Shown: positions 35,485 to 49,300, numbered from the stretch's first letter. The stretch: 64,000 nucleotides of DNA from Mustelus asterias (GCF_964213995.1 NC_135822.1:17608001-17672000), one strand, 5' to 3'. Notes: generated by a model not told the origin, from the letters alone. Made by a program: numbers and translations.

Positions 35485-38400
35485 CTGTTGGAGAAGGTCC
35501 AAAGATTAAATCACAAATCAGATCAACAATAATTTGCATTTATATAGCATCTTTTGTAAGCTCAGGATGTCCCAAAGCACTTTACATCCAATAGAGTGCT
35601 TTCAGAGAGCGATCATTGTTGTAACATAGGAATAGAAGTAGCTCATTTGTGCACAGTGAGATCCCACAAAGAGCAATGTGATCATCACTAGACTACCTAT
35701 TTTAGTGATGTTGATTGATGGATAATTATTGACCAGGACATAAAGGACATGTACTTTTTAATATCCACCCGAGAGGGCCAATGGAACCTTGGTTTAAATG
35801 TCTCAGCCAAATGAGGGTATCTCTCTGATGGTGCAGCAGTCCCTCAGTATTGCAACGGGAGTGTCAGCATGGATTTTGTGCTCAGGTCGTTGAGAGTGGG
35901 AAATTAACCCATAGACTTTCTGGCTCAGTGACAACAGTGCCATACACTGAGCAGCAGCTGTGGGCTCACATGGGAAAAGTGACCATTTGGACAAGGTTCT
36001 GCAGGATGGCCAGAAGTTGTACCATGCAGATCTCAGGCTTCAGGAGATTCCAAGTTTTCTAAGGAAATTGGTGGTTTGAGAAGTACAAGAAACATTTACA
36101 ATTAAATAACCGACAGCCAAGAACATGTGAACAAGGCAAAGCTTGATGGATATCTCTACAGGGTCAATAGGGGCCGCAAACTTCATTTTAAAATTGTTAA
36201 TTAACTAGTGTGCAAACACATCGGCATCTCTCGGTCTCCAGTTCAAAAAAGCCACCCTGTGTTTGATCATTCAGCCTATCTACTATTTTTCTAAGCAAGA
36301 TTGGCACTTAACTGCTGTGGAGTTCTGCTCTTGTTTTTGTATAGGGCAGTTCCCCTTTAAGGGGCTGCCCCTTTCACTTTATCCCTCATTTGTTCAATCA
36401 TTTAAACTCAAAAGAGTCGGAACTGGACTGAGCAGGACTCAAGTCATATCACTGAGAAAGAGAGAGAGAAGACAGAGGAACAGTGAGGCACCATTCAGCC
36501 CCTCGAATATGTTCTACTATTTAATTAGCTGTTTATTACCCTTAATACCTTTGCACAACAAGAACTGTTGATGTCAGATTTGAAATTTTCAACTGACCCC
36601 AGCCTCAATGTGATGTGTCTCGGGGGGGGGGCATTAGAATGGCCATGTTCTAGTTTTGAGGTTATACCCTTGTTCTGGACTCCCCACCACAGAGCAAGTA
36701 GGCAAGATAACGAGAAACTATCAAATAATTAATCATCATCTTAAACACATCAATGTAATCACCCCATACTCTTTGAAACAAGTCCAGTCCATGAAACCTT
36801 TTGGGTTTCTCAATCTGTAATAATCCCTTCAACATTGGAAAGCTGGAAAGGACTCCCGTGTAGCTGTCTATAGTCATTGAAGAATTAGTTTGGTTTACAA
36901 ATGCAGTCATGCAAATCGCGAACGTCCCTTGTTGCTGTCACAGACCTGAGCAATAGTAGCTTTAGGGGCAGCTAAAATTGGCCTCAGTACCCCTGAACTA
37001 GGGAGGGGGAATCAAGCAGAATGTTCCCTTCTGGAAGGTGAATATAAATTTAACAGCTGTATAAAAGGCTTGATGTGATTCCCCACAAGTAGGGTGGTCC
37101 TCACCATGAAGAAATGACAATGGACAGGATCTATTGAAAACCACCTGAGAGCAATAGAATCAAACCCCAACAACGTTCAGCATGTCAAAAGTAAAGGGAG
37201 GAGTAGCCTTGGAAATGTTGGAATACAAAGGTGTATCATCTTAAATATTACAAAAGTAATTATTTAATTCACTGAGGTGTACACTAGGAAACAGGGTTAA
37301 TACGTGGTTAGACAGCAGTTTATCCCATGCATGATTGTAGAGTGTCTGACACGGGGAGATCGTACAGGGTCTGACACGGGGAGATCGTACAGGGTCTGAC
37401 ACGGGGAGATCGTACAGGGTCGGACACGGGGAGATCGTACAGGGTCGGACACGGGGAGATCGTACAGGGTCGGACACGGGGAGATCGTACAGGGTCGGAC
37501 ACGGGGAGATCGTACAGGGTCGGACACGGGGAGATCGTACAGGGTCGGACACGGGGAGATCGTACAGGGTCGGACACGGGGAGATCGTACAGGGTCGGAC
37601 ACGGGGAGATCGTACAGGGTCGGACACGGGGAGATCGTACAGGGTCGGACACGGGGAGATCGTACAGGGTCGGACACGGGGAGATCGTACAGGGTCGGAC
37701 ACGGGGAGATCGTACAGGGTCGGACACGGGGAGATCGTACAGGGTCGGACACGGGGAGATCGTACAGGGTCGGACACGGGGAGATCGTACAGGGTCGGAC
37801 ACGGGGAGATCGTACAGGGTCGGACACGGGGAGATCGTACAGGGTCGGACACGGGGAGATCGTACAGGGTCGGACACGGGGAGATCGTACAGGGTCGGAC
37901 ACGGGGAGATCGTACAGGGTCGGACACGGGGAGATCGTACAGGGTCGGACACGGGGAGATCGTACAGGGTCGGACACGGGGAGATCGTACAGGGTCGGAC
38001 ACGGGGAGATCGTACAGGGTCGGACACGGGGAGATCGTACAGGGTCGGACACGGGGAGATCGTACAGGGTCGGACACGGGGAGATCGTACAGGGTCGGAC
38101 ACGGGGAGATCGTACAGGGTCGGACACGGGGAGATCGTACAGGGTCGGACACGGGGAGATTGACCTGGGCCCACATCCATGGTGATCAGGCACATATGCA
38201 GGGTAGTGAGTACTGCCTCCAGGATTTCAATGAAGTGTAGGTGTGGGATATTTCCATACAATGTGTCCTTGAAATATGAAAAATGGAATCATAAACTCAA
38301 GACACTCAAACCAAGACCTGGAGATCACCGGCCCCTTGCATGGTTCTCTGGCACTATTCCTGGTGGGTACATGTGTCATTAGTATCGGTGATTATCATCC

Positions 38401-41400
38401 ATCACTAGTTCTGGCAGTTAGAAACCTGATGCATACAGCCCAACACTAGTCCTACCTAGTAGTTTGATGCTAGTTTTGCAGGTCTGTCGGTATTGCTACC
38501 TGTATGGAGCTGTCTCTGATCCTGTCCATTAGTCAGCCTGTTGTCATGCTCATTAGTGTTGGTCTGTCATTAGTGACAGTCCTTTCATTGTCTCAGCTGA
38601 GAGCTGGACAGTTAGCCCTGCAACTTTCCTTACCCACACAATTCAGTCCCACATTGGAAAGGGAATTTATCAACTGAGACACAGGGGATTGACTCTGCAC
38701 TACAGCCATACTGTCTAAGTACAGCAGTTTGTGGCAGACAATTATTTGGTGTTTAAAATGCTCACTTACCAGAATCCACCATGATGTCTTCATCATTCCC
38801 AGTCGTGTCCACGTCCCTGAACACAACCTGCTTTCCCTGTCGGAAAACGGTCCTCTGTCGCAGAACTTTCTCACATTTTATCGTCTCATTCATCACCTCT
38901 GTCGCAGGGGCCAGCAGAAAAGAACTGTCCTGGCCGGTGCTTGGGGAGTCTGTGAGGGGCTCCTGGATGAGTGGCTGCTGGGGAAGGGGTTCTGGAGTGA
39001 GGGGCTCCGAGGTGAGTGGCTGCTGGGCGCAGGATTGCTGGGAGTGAGGTTGCTGGGCGAGAAACTGCTGGGAGTGAGGTTCCAGGGAAATAGGTGCCGG
39101 TGCTGCATCCTCTCCTTCGTGGTCAGCAGAGTCTGGATTGGTTTCTGCGGCCGGGTTAGGGGGTTCCTGCTTGACCGTCTCCTCAATCTGAGGTTCCTCT
39201 ATCCTTGGGCTGCCTTCCTTTGCCCTCACCTCGCGCCTCCTCTTCACTTTGTCAGGCTTCCTGCGGTTGAAGGGGGGCAGCATGAAGCTGCCTGATTTGT
39301 GATGTTTCAGGAACGAGTATGGTTTGGCCCGTTTGAAGCTGGTGAATGTTTTCCTGCCTTTATTTGTGTCTGGGACAGAGAGCGGAAGGTCCCAGGGTTC
39401 ACTCTCTGCAGTGCTACCTGTGCTGTTGGGAGGACTGGAGCTCGTCCGCAGAGGCACCTCCTGAAAAAGGGAGAAAGACAACGGGTCAATAAACAGCTGC
39501 ACAGTTTCACCTCACCTCATGTCAGAGAATAATAAAGAGTCAGCTGAGGTTCAAAGGGCAGCATTCTTGGGGTCAAGTCCCACACAAGAGACGTACGCAC
39601 ATAATCTAAGTTGATACTCTTGGGCAGTACTGAGGGAGTGCGGCACTCTCAGAAGTGCCATTTTTGGATGGGACAAGGTCCCATCTGCCCATTCACCTGA
39701 AAATAAAAGATCACATTACACTATTTCAAAGAGGAACAGGGAAGTTCTCCCTGGCATCCTGAACTAATGCTTATCCCTCAATTAACCGCACTATAATTAA
39801 TTATTAATTAATTGCTTCTGGAACCTAGCTGGGCACAAATTGTCTGTGAGGCATTTAGGAGCATCCAGAGGTCGTGAAAGGTGCTATAGAAATGCAAGTC
39901 TTTCCCTGAATTTGAACAAATCTGCCTGGTGCTCTGCAGAGTCTTAACCAGCAGGTGGGTGGCTGCTCACAACTGGCAAAACCCGTGAAAATCAACACTT
40001 CAGGATGGAGAAGCAGCTTAGCTTCACAGAGTCAAACACAACACTTCTTTGGCCAAATGTCCCTGGTTTTCTTTGGAAATTGGCACATTCCAAGCAACAT
40101 GCTCAGAATGCCACAACATCAACAACAAAACAAAGAGTTTTACCCATAAACGGGATTGAAATAAGAAACAGATTACACTCAACTATTGACTCAATGTGTG
40201 CGAGTGGGAAGGGGAGGGGCTGGATAGAGAGAGGGCAGGTCTCCAGTTTGAGCCTGTGAGCTGACTGAAGAGAAACAGCTGCTGAACAGAAATCTCAACG
40301 CTGTGACATTATTGCAATACATGTCTAGTAATTGAAGGGGTGAAGGGAGGAGGTGATAAGTCTGCCCATCAAATTCGGAAGCAATGATCTTCCTTTTAAA
40401 AGCCCTCCATTCTCCCCCAGTTGGATATTGTTACAGAGATGTCACCTCTGGGTGCATACTACTAGTCCGATGCTGAGAGTTGTAACTTCTTCCTGGCCAG
40501 GTTCATTTTCACCTGGCAACAATCACAGAATCCTCTCCCCTCCCACTCCACATCATCATTCTCTTATGCACCATCTTCCTCTAGGCTGCAACAAAATCAG
40601 ACAAGTTTTGTAACAATTTATTATGCTCGTGTTTAAGGATACTGACTTCTCATCCCTTTGTCAGCCCTCTTTCCTCTCATACATTTTGTAAACACTAACT
40701 CCTCTCTGATATCGGGAGGCACGATGGCACAGTGATTAGTACTGCTGCCTCACAGCACCAGGGACCGGGTTCAATTCCAGCCATGGGTGATTGTCTGTGT
40801 GGAGTTTGCATGTTCTCCCTGTGCCTACGTGGGTTTCCTCCGGGTGCTCCGGTTTCCTTCCACACTCCAAAGATGTGCAGGTTAGGTGGATTGGCCATGA
40901 TAAATTGTCCCTTAGAGTCAGGGGGATTTGGAAGGTAAATATGTGGGGTTACAGGGATAAGGCCTGGGTAGGATTGTTGTTGGTGCAGGCTGAATGGGCC
41001 GAATGGCCTCCTTCTGCATTATACAGATTCTATGATCTCAATCAAGCAGCCCCTGTCTCCAGACAGTGACTGACGAACAGCTGAATATAGTCTCAGTCAG
41101 CTCATCTCATCTTCATCTGAAGTGCATGGTTACATACATACATGGTGTGACAAGTTGAGGAAAAAGATTTTGGATTGGGAAAGAGTAGATTTCAACAAAA
41201 TTAGGCAGGATCTGGCCAAGGTAGACTGGAACAAGTTACTTGTGGGGAAATCTACAGAAGAGCAGTGGGGGATGTTCAAAGATGAAATGGAGAGGGTACA
41301 GGCTCACCACGTTCCCTCTAGATAAAGAGGAAGGTGTAACAAACTCAGAGAACCATGGATGACCAGAGACATTCAGGGTACAATGAGAAGGAAAAGAGAG

Positions 41401-44400
41401 GCTTTTAACAAGTATCATAGAATCACAGAATTCCTACAATGCAGAAGGAGGCCATTCGGCCCATCAAGTCTGCACCAACCACAATCCAACCCAAACCCTA
41501 TATATTTACCCTGACATTAGGGTCAATTTATGACCAGTCAACCTAACCCACACATCTTTGAACTGTGAGAGGAAACTGGAGCACCCGGAGGAAACCCACC
41601 CAGAGACGGGGAGAATGTGCAAACTCCACACAAAGAGTGACCCGAGGCCGGAATTGAACCCGGTTTGTGAACAGAACTCCCACTTACCTGATGATGGAGC
41701 AGCGCTCCGAAAGCTAGTGGCTTGTGCTACCAAATAAACTTGTTGGACTTTAACCTGGTGTTGTGAGACTTCTTGCTGTGTTCACCGGGGAGGTGCCAGA
41801 GACTGGAGAACAGCTAATATGGTCCTACTATTTAAGAAAGGTTGTAGAGACAAGCCAGGGAACTACAGAGCAGTGAGTCTCATGTCTGTGCTTGGGAAAC
41901 TACTGGAGAAGATTCTGAAGGAGAGAAGCTATCTCCATTTGGAGAGGCAAGATTTGATCAGGGATAGCCAGCATGGTTTTGTCAGAGGGAAGTCATGCCT
42001 AACAAATTTGATTGAATATTTTGAGCATGTAACCAAGTGTGTGGACGAGGGTAGTGCGGTTGATGTAGTTTACATGGATTTCAGCAAAGCCTTTGACAAA
42101 GTCCCACATGGGAGACTTATTAAGAAGGCTAATGCACATGGGATACAGGGTGATTTGATGAGGTGGATTCATAATTGGCTTAGCGGTAGGAGACAGAGGG
42201 TGGTGACAGACTGCTGCTATAGTGACTGGAGGCCAGTGACCAGTGGCGTACCACAGGGATCTGTGCTGGGCCCCCTATTGTTCCTCATTTATATAAATGA
42301 CATAGATGACTATGTGGGGAGTAGGATCAGTAAATTTGCCAATGACACAAAGATTGGCCGGGTGGTTAACAGTGAGGTTGAGTGTCTTGGGTTACAGGAA
42401 GATATGGACGAGATGGTCAAATGGGCGGATAAGTGGCAGATGGAATTTATCCCTGAAAAGTGTGAGGTGATACACTCTGGAAGGAGTAATTTGACAAGGA
42501 AGTATACTATGAAAGGTCTGACAGTGGGAAGTTCTGAAGACCAAAGGGACCTTGGCGTGTTTGTCCATAGATCTCTAAAGGCGGAAAGGCAGGTTAATAG
42601 GATGGTGAAAAAGACATATGGCACACTGGCTTTTATCAATCAGGCTACAGATTACAAAAGCAGAGAGGTCATGACGGAGTTGTTTAGAACTTTGGTGAGG
42701 TCACAGCTGGAGTACTGTGTGCAGTTCTGGTCGCCACTTTATAGGATGGACGTGAACACACTGGAGGGGGTGCAGAGGAAATTCACCAGGATGCTGCCTG
42801 GGATGGAACATTTAAGTTATAAAGAGAGGTTGGATAGGCTTGGAATGTTTTCTCTGGAGCAGAGAAGACTGAGGGGGCGACCTGAATGAGGTGTTCAAGA
42901 TTATGAGGGGCATGGACAGGGTGGATAGGGAGCAGCTGTTCTCCTTAGTTGAAGGGTCAGTTACGAGGTGACAGAAATTAAAAGTGAGGGGTGGAAGATT
43001 TAGGGGGATTTGAGGAAAAACCTTTTTACCCAGAGGGTGGTGACGGTCTGGAATGCGCTGCCTGGGAGGGTGGTGGAGGCGTGATGCTTCACATCCTTTA
43101 AAAAGTACCTGGATGAGTAACTTGGCACATCATAACATTCAAGGCTGTTGGTCAAGTGCTGGCAAGTGGGATTAGGTGGGCAGGTCAAGGCCTTTTATAC
43201 GTCGGTGCAGACTCGATAGGCTGAAGGGCGCCTTCTGCACTGTTGTATTCTGTGATAGTAGGTGCAGGAATAGACTATTTGGCCCATCAAGCCTGCTCTG
43301 GCATTTGACAAGATCAAGCTTTATCAGATTGTGGCCTCTACTTTCCTGTCTATTCCCTTTGACTCCCTCGTCAATCAAGAATTTACCTGACTCAGTCTTA
43401 AAAATATTCAACAACCCTGCCTTCACTGCTCTTTGGGGAAGAGAATTCCACAGACTTATGACCCTCGGAGAAAAAATTCTCCACATCTTTGTCTTAGATG
43501 GGAGACTCTTATTTTTAAACTGTGTCCCCTAGGACTAGTCTTTCCCACACGGGGAAGCACCCATTCAGCATCTAGTTACCTTCCGGTAATCAGGAGCAGG
43601 AACCCTAGCTAGATTCTCCCCTCCTCAAGGCCAACTGCTCTGCCCCTATTCCCATCCCAGCTGAGGTCAACTAATTCAGCACGGATAATAAAACCATTCC
43701 GCACAGAAAGAGACAATTTGACCCCCTAGTATCGAGACTGTCTCTTTAGAAACGTTACCCCATTGGTCTGACTCTCTTTATTCTTTCTTCTTGGCCTTAC
43801 AGTTTCCACCCCTAGTATTTCTCTTTTTCCCCCTTTCCCAAATTACTATTGAATCTGATTCCACCACCTTTTCAAGGCATTGCAATCCAGGTGACCAATC
43901 AAACTGGGAATTTTCCAGCTTGGTTAATTACTGGATTAAATTCACTGAGCCATTGGGTGGAGGCTTACATGGGAATTAGGAGCAGAAGTAGGTAATTCAG
44001 CCCTTCGAGCCTGCTCTGCCATTCAATCAAATCATGGCTGATCTCAAATCCATCTCCCTACCTGTGCCCCATATCCCTTTAACCCATTTTTAATCAGAAG
44101 TACATCTATCTCCTTCTTGAAACCATCGTTACTGGAATTTAAATTGAGAACACTATCCACATTATCAGCATGTCTTTTCCAACAATCTGAGCAGGAAAGA
44201 CCCTTACTTCGTCAAATCGTAAAGGGTCAGAGAATAAAAGATTGGGGTTTGAAACAGGAACAGCTCAACTCACTTCTTGAGGGTAGGGGATGTATCCAGC
44301 ATAAACCAAGACAAAAGTACAGAATTTGTTAAAATCTTCCACTGTCCTGCACCTCTTATCTGTTGGAGTGTAGTCCTGGGAAGAAGGGAGAGAGAGAGAG

Positions 44401-47270
44401 AGATACAAGGTTAGAAATTAATCTGTGCAATCAGTACTGACACACACTGGCTCTGTACTGGCAGTCATGTGTGTTAACACAACTATATCACATTTTTCCA
44501 TTTGTTTTCTTCCTTTCTCGCTGAAGGGGGACAGTGCATGAGATTATACGTATGAATGAGGCTACATATTTTGCTTAGCTTTGCTTATACTTCACAACAA
44601 TCACTAATACGTCAAACCTTCAACATCTGAACAAAGTCTTGTCCAAAATCAGCCATGGTTTCTGCCATTATCTAGAAAATCAGTGGTTTAATGGGGTAGT
44701 ATGACTGAAAGAGAGGTGGGACTATTGTTTTGTGTCATCCCCAAGGTTTCCATATTTATTTATTAAAGTTTATTATTAGTGTCACAAGTAAGCTTACATT
44801 AACACTGCAATGAAGTTACTGTGAAAATCCCCCAGTCACCACACTCCAGTGCCTGTTCGGGTACACTGAGGGAGAATTTAACACAGCCAGCACATCTTTT
44901 GGATGAAACCGGAGCACCCAGAGGAAACCCACGCAGACACGGGGAGAACGTGCAGATTCCCCACAGACAGTGACCTAGGCCGAGTATCGAACCCAGGCCC
45001 CTGGCGCGGTGAGGCAGCAGTGCTAACCACTGTACCACCGTGCTGCCCCACAGTAAGTGGAATTTTCATGCTATTTTCAGCTAGGTAACACAGGGATACA
45101 GTATTGGTGAGGCAGATCAGTCACTGTATGTGAACTGAAAATGCTCCTGCGAAGCTGCTTTACTATGTTAATGGTGCTATATAAATGCAAGTTGTTGCTG
45201 TCTAACACTGGGATCCTGTTCTTGTGGATACAGAGGTCTGTCACTTATGCTGAGACAGCAATTTAAGCAGTGACTCTCAAATTATAGCTTAAGACTAATG
45301 ATAATTCCTGCCCTTTAACCACTGACACTGCAGAGCACAGGTATCACAGTGAGAACTGGAATAATATGCATCCATGTTACGTTATATAGTTTAAGTTTGC
45401 AAAGATCTGGACAACATCTTTCATCAACACCTTATAAAAAACTAATTTGACAATCAATTATTTTTTTGTCATTGATGCGTGTGAAATAATTTGGAACAAA
45501 AAAGACATTGTACATTGGAGGCAAACAGCCTGAACCTCTCTCCCCCCCCCCACAATACTACAGGACCTGTCCCGGGGAAGGTCAAATGCCCAATTAAACT
45601 CCAGGCACACAGTGTCCAGAATTATTACACTCCATCCTATCACTGTATCACCCTGGGGTGTCTAATAAACTGCTCTGCAATCATGCTAGAAATCATAGAA
45701 TCCCTACAGTGCAGAAGGGGGCCATTCAGCCCATCAAGTCTGCACCGACAATCCCACCCAGGCCCTATCCCTGTAACCCCACATATTTACCCCACAATCC
45801 CTCTAACCTACACATCCCAGAACACTAAGGGGGCAATTTAGCATGGCCAACCAACCTAACCCGCACATCTTTGGACTGTGGGAGGAAACCGGAGCACCCG
45901 GAGGAAACCCACGCAGACACAGGGAGAACGTGCAGACCCCGCACACAGACAGTGACCCAAGCCGAGAATTGAACCCGGGTCCCTGGAGCTGTGAGGCAGC
46001 AGTGCTAACCACCGTGCCGCCCCACATGATGGGATTGAAGCAAGTGGGTGGGGGGGGGGTACAAATTCAGGAAAATTCTGAAGGTGGACGATATGGAAGA
46101 GTTGACCTCTTGCCATCTAACCCCTCCCCCCTATAGCTGAGCAATGAAACAGGTCAGACAAGTTGCGCTCCAAAGCAGATCTCCATGTGAAAAATGTCAC
46201 CTATTTTAAAACAGCTCAACCCCAACAATAAACACAGTCCCGCAGATCAGGGAAAAAACATATATATACCAGGACTGCTGTGGCTTCCCGATTGTATCAA
46301 TCTCAATCCAACACTTCTCCCCAAGACTGGGCGGCATTGCTGTTATAATGCTGAGCTTTCTACCTCTCTGGCAGAGAATCCACACGCCAACAGCAGGGGA
46401 GTCCCTCCACCCACAATCACAACATTTGTACAAATGACACCACTTAACAAAGGGACCGATTCATTCCTTGTATTATGTTTAATACAATTCACTATCAGGT
46501 GAACCTTTTCATTTGGGCATAAACTAAGAGGGCGCCTCGGGGGAAGAGGGGACAGACACACATGCGAATGGAGGACGATTTGTCTTGGGTGTATTTTTTT
46601 TAAATAGGAGGGACATTTTTGGATTAGTAAAATCCAGGGCGGGGGATCAGAGCCCGGGGGTGGGGGCAGAGACAGGACGGTGCGGGACCATTAAAGTAGG
46701 AGAATGGAATTACTTTGAGAAAAGGAGGGAAGGACAGGAGGAAAAAGGGACGGGTCAGAGGCAAGATGGCGAATATTCATCATTAAAAAACACACACACA
46801 CCGGGATTGGCGATCTCGGAGGAACAGACAGGCAGCAGACACTTGGAGGGGAGGGAATTTATAAAACAGGACAGCTCTGATTTAAAAGGGAAATGTTCCC
46901 CCCCCCCCCCGCCTTCCCCTTCCCCGACAATAAATCCCCAACTTCAGATGGAAGCACAGCAAGGAGGCGGGATACAGCTTTATACAAAAACCTTAATCTG
47001 TTCAGATAATAACAATAAAGGGTTTTTAAATATATATTAATATGGTAAATTGACAAGATGGCGCAACGGAGCTGTGGTAGAATCAGAAACCTGTAGGCAT
47101 GAAATCCACACGACTGTCGACTGAAATTGACCAGCGTTCTAAAGAGAGATTTACCCCCCCCCCCTCCAAATTAAATCAAACATCATTCCCAAACCCCGGG
47201 GCCAGCCCACCGTTCAAAATTATTATAGAATTACCTCCGAGTCTAAAGTTGAAGGCGATGCAGAATCCAT
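35258..47270 (-). CDS. PHF13: PHD finger protein 13 (SPOC1), join(47270-47235, 44375-44274, 39460-38770, 35484-35258), ~351 aa
   Basis: MDSAS...; conserved N-terminal [23 protein letters not shown]; [13 protein letters not shown]; PHD finger [52 protein letters not shown]; GT-AG, phase-compatible junctions. Confidence 0.95.
35525..35950 (-). mobile_element. Deu-domain SINE
   Basis: GTGCAGCAGTCCCTCAGTATTGCAACGGGAGTGTCAGC core with an L2-like tail. Confidence 0.65.
37346..38160. repeat. 25-bp minisatellite, ~32 near-identical copies, PHF13 intron 3
   Basis: Unit GACACGGGGAGATCGTACAGGGTCG. Confidence 0.97.
38770..39460 (-). CDS. PHF13: PHF13 coding exon 3
   Basis: TTTTTCAG|GAG acceptor, TCTG|GTAAGT donor; [17 protein letters not shown]...DEDIMVDS. 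Confidence 0.93.
39550..39900 (+). mobile_element. Deu-domain SINE, degenerate
   Basis: GTTGATACTCTTGGGCAGTACTGAGGGAGTGCGGCACT core; tail AAAGGTGCTATAGAAATGCAAGT. Confidence 0.6.
40717..41036 (+). mobile_element. HE1 SINE (tail A)
   Basis: Family sequence. Confidence 0.85.
41416..41662 (-). mobile_element. HE1 SINE (tail A), 5'-truncated
   Basis: Family sequence ending at the B-box. Confidence 0.8.
41663..41786 (+). mobile_element. Penelope terminal fragment with hammerhead motif (41686-41720)
   Basis: TAC-CTGATGA-TGGAGC-AGC-GCTCC-GAAA-GCTA-GTGG followed by CAAATAAAC.TGTTGGACTTTAACCTGGTG. Confidence 0.75.
43255..43570 (-). mobile_element. CR1 3' end fragment
   Basis: [20 protein letters not shown] on the minus strand. 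Confidence 0.8.
44274..44375 (-). CDS. PHF13: PHF13 coding exon 2
   Basis: CTTCCCAG|GAC acceptor, GAA|GTGAGT donor; [34 protein letters not shown] (102 nt). Confidence 0.95.
44755..45047 (-). mobile_element. HE1/V-SINE-type SINE (tail B)
   Basis: Family sequence. Confidence 0.85.
45686..46022 (-). mobile_element. HE1 SINE (tail A)
   Basis: Family sequence. Confidence 0.85.
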
Positions 47271-49300
47271 GTCTATAAAGGAAAAGAGAAAATTCATTAG
47301 AGTTTTTACACTCCCAAAAGAGATTAGGAGGGAGAGGGAGAGGGAAAATGCCGAGGGCTCGCTGGAGGAGTTCAGGGTGTCGGGAGAAATCGCCGTGGAG
47401 AATAAAGAGGGCAGGTCAAACTTAAAAGTTACCCCAAATACCTCCCCCCCCCCCCCCCCCCGTAAATGTACGAGGGTGGCCTCGATGGGGGAGAGGAGTG
47501 GAGTCGGCTTGGGAGCTTTTTAATGTTTATTTCGCAAGGCTGATCAGTCTGAGACCAGACTGGCGGAGAGAGTGGGGGGCGGGGGAGAGACAGACAGAAG
47601 AATGGTAAAGCAGAAACCTCCCGGCTTCAACACAGAGGGGAGAGGGGAAGTGTTTCCCCACCATGGAAATAATACTCCACACCGATGTTGCCACCTCTCT
47701 TTCTCTCCATCCGAAAAATTAACACGAAAGGCGCCGAGTTAATTGTGAAAAGGGGGAAAATTCCCCAATTAATAAAAAAATTACACGCCCGCTCAGTCTG
47801 ATCTTTGGCTGCAATTGATCCGAATTGATGCTCTTTCGAAGGAAGAGAAAGAAAGTTACCAATCGTTTAAACGTAGCATTTAAAAGGCAGGGAGAGGGAG
47901 AAAATGCAGGGATCCGGAGCCCACCTTGGAAAGATTCTCGGGTGACACGATTTGTCATTCGGAATAAAAGGTTCTCCCACATCCGAGGCTTGGCTGTAAC
48001 GGTATTCCTCCAGATTTCAATCGGTTTCCAGAAAGAAAATAATTTAAAAAAATAAATTGATCCCTTTTCCCCCGCCGAATGATACAATGTAACAAAATCC
48101 TGATGTCAACCCTTAATCTTCATGTAAATGAGGTCCCTTCCATCAGCCTCGCGCCTTGGGGGTGGGACATGGATTAATCTTCTTAGCACAGTCTTTTATA
48201 AAAGAACAACTTCACTTGCACACACACACACAATGATTAATCTACATTTTTTGCCATCCTGTAAATGCCCTCTTCTTTATTGTTGTCTAACTAATGGTTT
48301 TAGATCAATCCAAAGTGTCCTCCCTACCTCTCCCGCTGGGTGTGTTTGTGCCCAACCCAACCCCCTGAAATAGTTGCTAGCAGGAATTTGCAAGAAGTTT
48401 TTTTTTCCACCCTTATCTTTGCTTACAAAGTCAGTTACAGATTTCCAAATTCACTTCGAAAGTGCACGGAGGGAGATGGCGAGGTCGGAGGGGCGGCTGT
48501 TGTGAGTTGATTTTCCCGGTGAGTGTAGCTGATTCTGTTGCAAGTTTGTTTCCCTCGCCCTCCAGACCCTCCCTCTCTTATTCCAAGGGCCAGTGGGGAG
48601 GGGAGGGGAGACAGATACAAGACAGCTTCAGGAAACAGACCCGTATCAGTTGCACCGTCTCTCCAGCCAGCACTTCCAGCCTCGTAGCGGAGGCTTAACT
48701 GGGGAATTTCTATGTATGATTCTGCTACATGTTTCTCCCCCTTGTTACTTAATAACAAGAGCTTGTTCTCGGTCTTCTATATCTTTCTCTAAAGGGTCGG
48801 GAGTCGCTCCCTTTGCAATGACAAAGGGTTTTCAATGGGCCTGTTCTCCAGACTACACGTGTGGGGGGAGACTGGCAGAGGGAGTTTCAGCCTGTATGGG
48901 GCCCACGTCACCAGTTTTCACTCTCTCCCGCAAACAAACGGGGGACTATTTTTGGCTTTTAATTAACCAGATCTTTGTGAAAGTAGATGCTTTGTGGTTA
49001 GGAGCCACAGCGCTCCGTGCGGTTTGTTTATAACCGTGTAAGGTATAAAACATTTTCCCCAATTGAAATTAGGCGTACCAAATGAGTATTATTTTTCAAA
49101 ATCGTTCTTCTCGCGATTCGACGGTTGCATGGAATTTTGGTGGGGTTTATATATAGAATACTGGATAGCCAGCAGGCAGTTACAGGCTGCAATCTAATCG
49201 AGGTGTCCAGTTAGTGTCTATGTATAGAATAAGTGAATCCCGGCGGTGAGTTTTCAAGGCTTGAGATTTAAGCGACGGGTTTAGGTAGGTTTGTATCCAT
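46500..49300 (-). promoter_or_regulatory. PHF13 5' CpG-enriched, repeat-free regulatory region
   Basis: Elevated CpG, no recognisable TEs, YY1-like CAAGATGGCG at ~46762 and ~47054, G/C tracts. Confidence 0.6.
47235..47270 (-). CDS. PHF13: PHF13 first coding exon
   Basis: ATG GAT TCT.. [12 protein letters not shown], donor GAG|GTAATT, inside a CpG-rich region. Confidence 0.8.

Larger units (their letters stand above)
41130..43253 (+). mobile_element. CR1 LINE ORF2 remnant interrupted by a SINE and a Penelope terminus
   Basis: ORF 41819-42889 is an RT ([35 protein letters not shown]) whose catalytic FADD is mutated to FAND. Confidence 0.92.

Noticed and set aside
37241-38261. Three ~300-aa overlapping ORFs on the minus strand
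   Set aside because: Artefact of a stop-free 25-bp tandem repeat in a PHF13 intron
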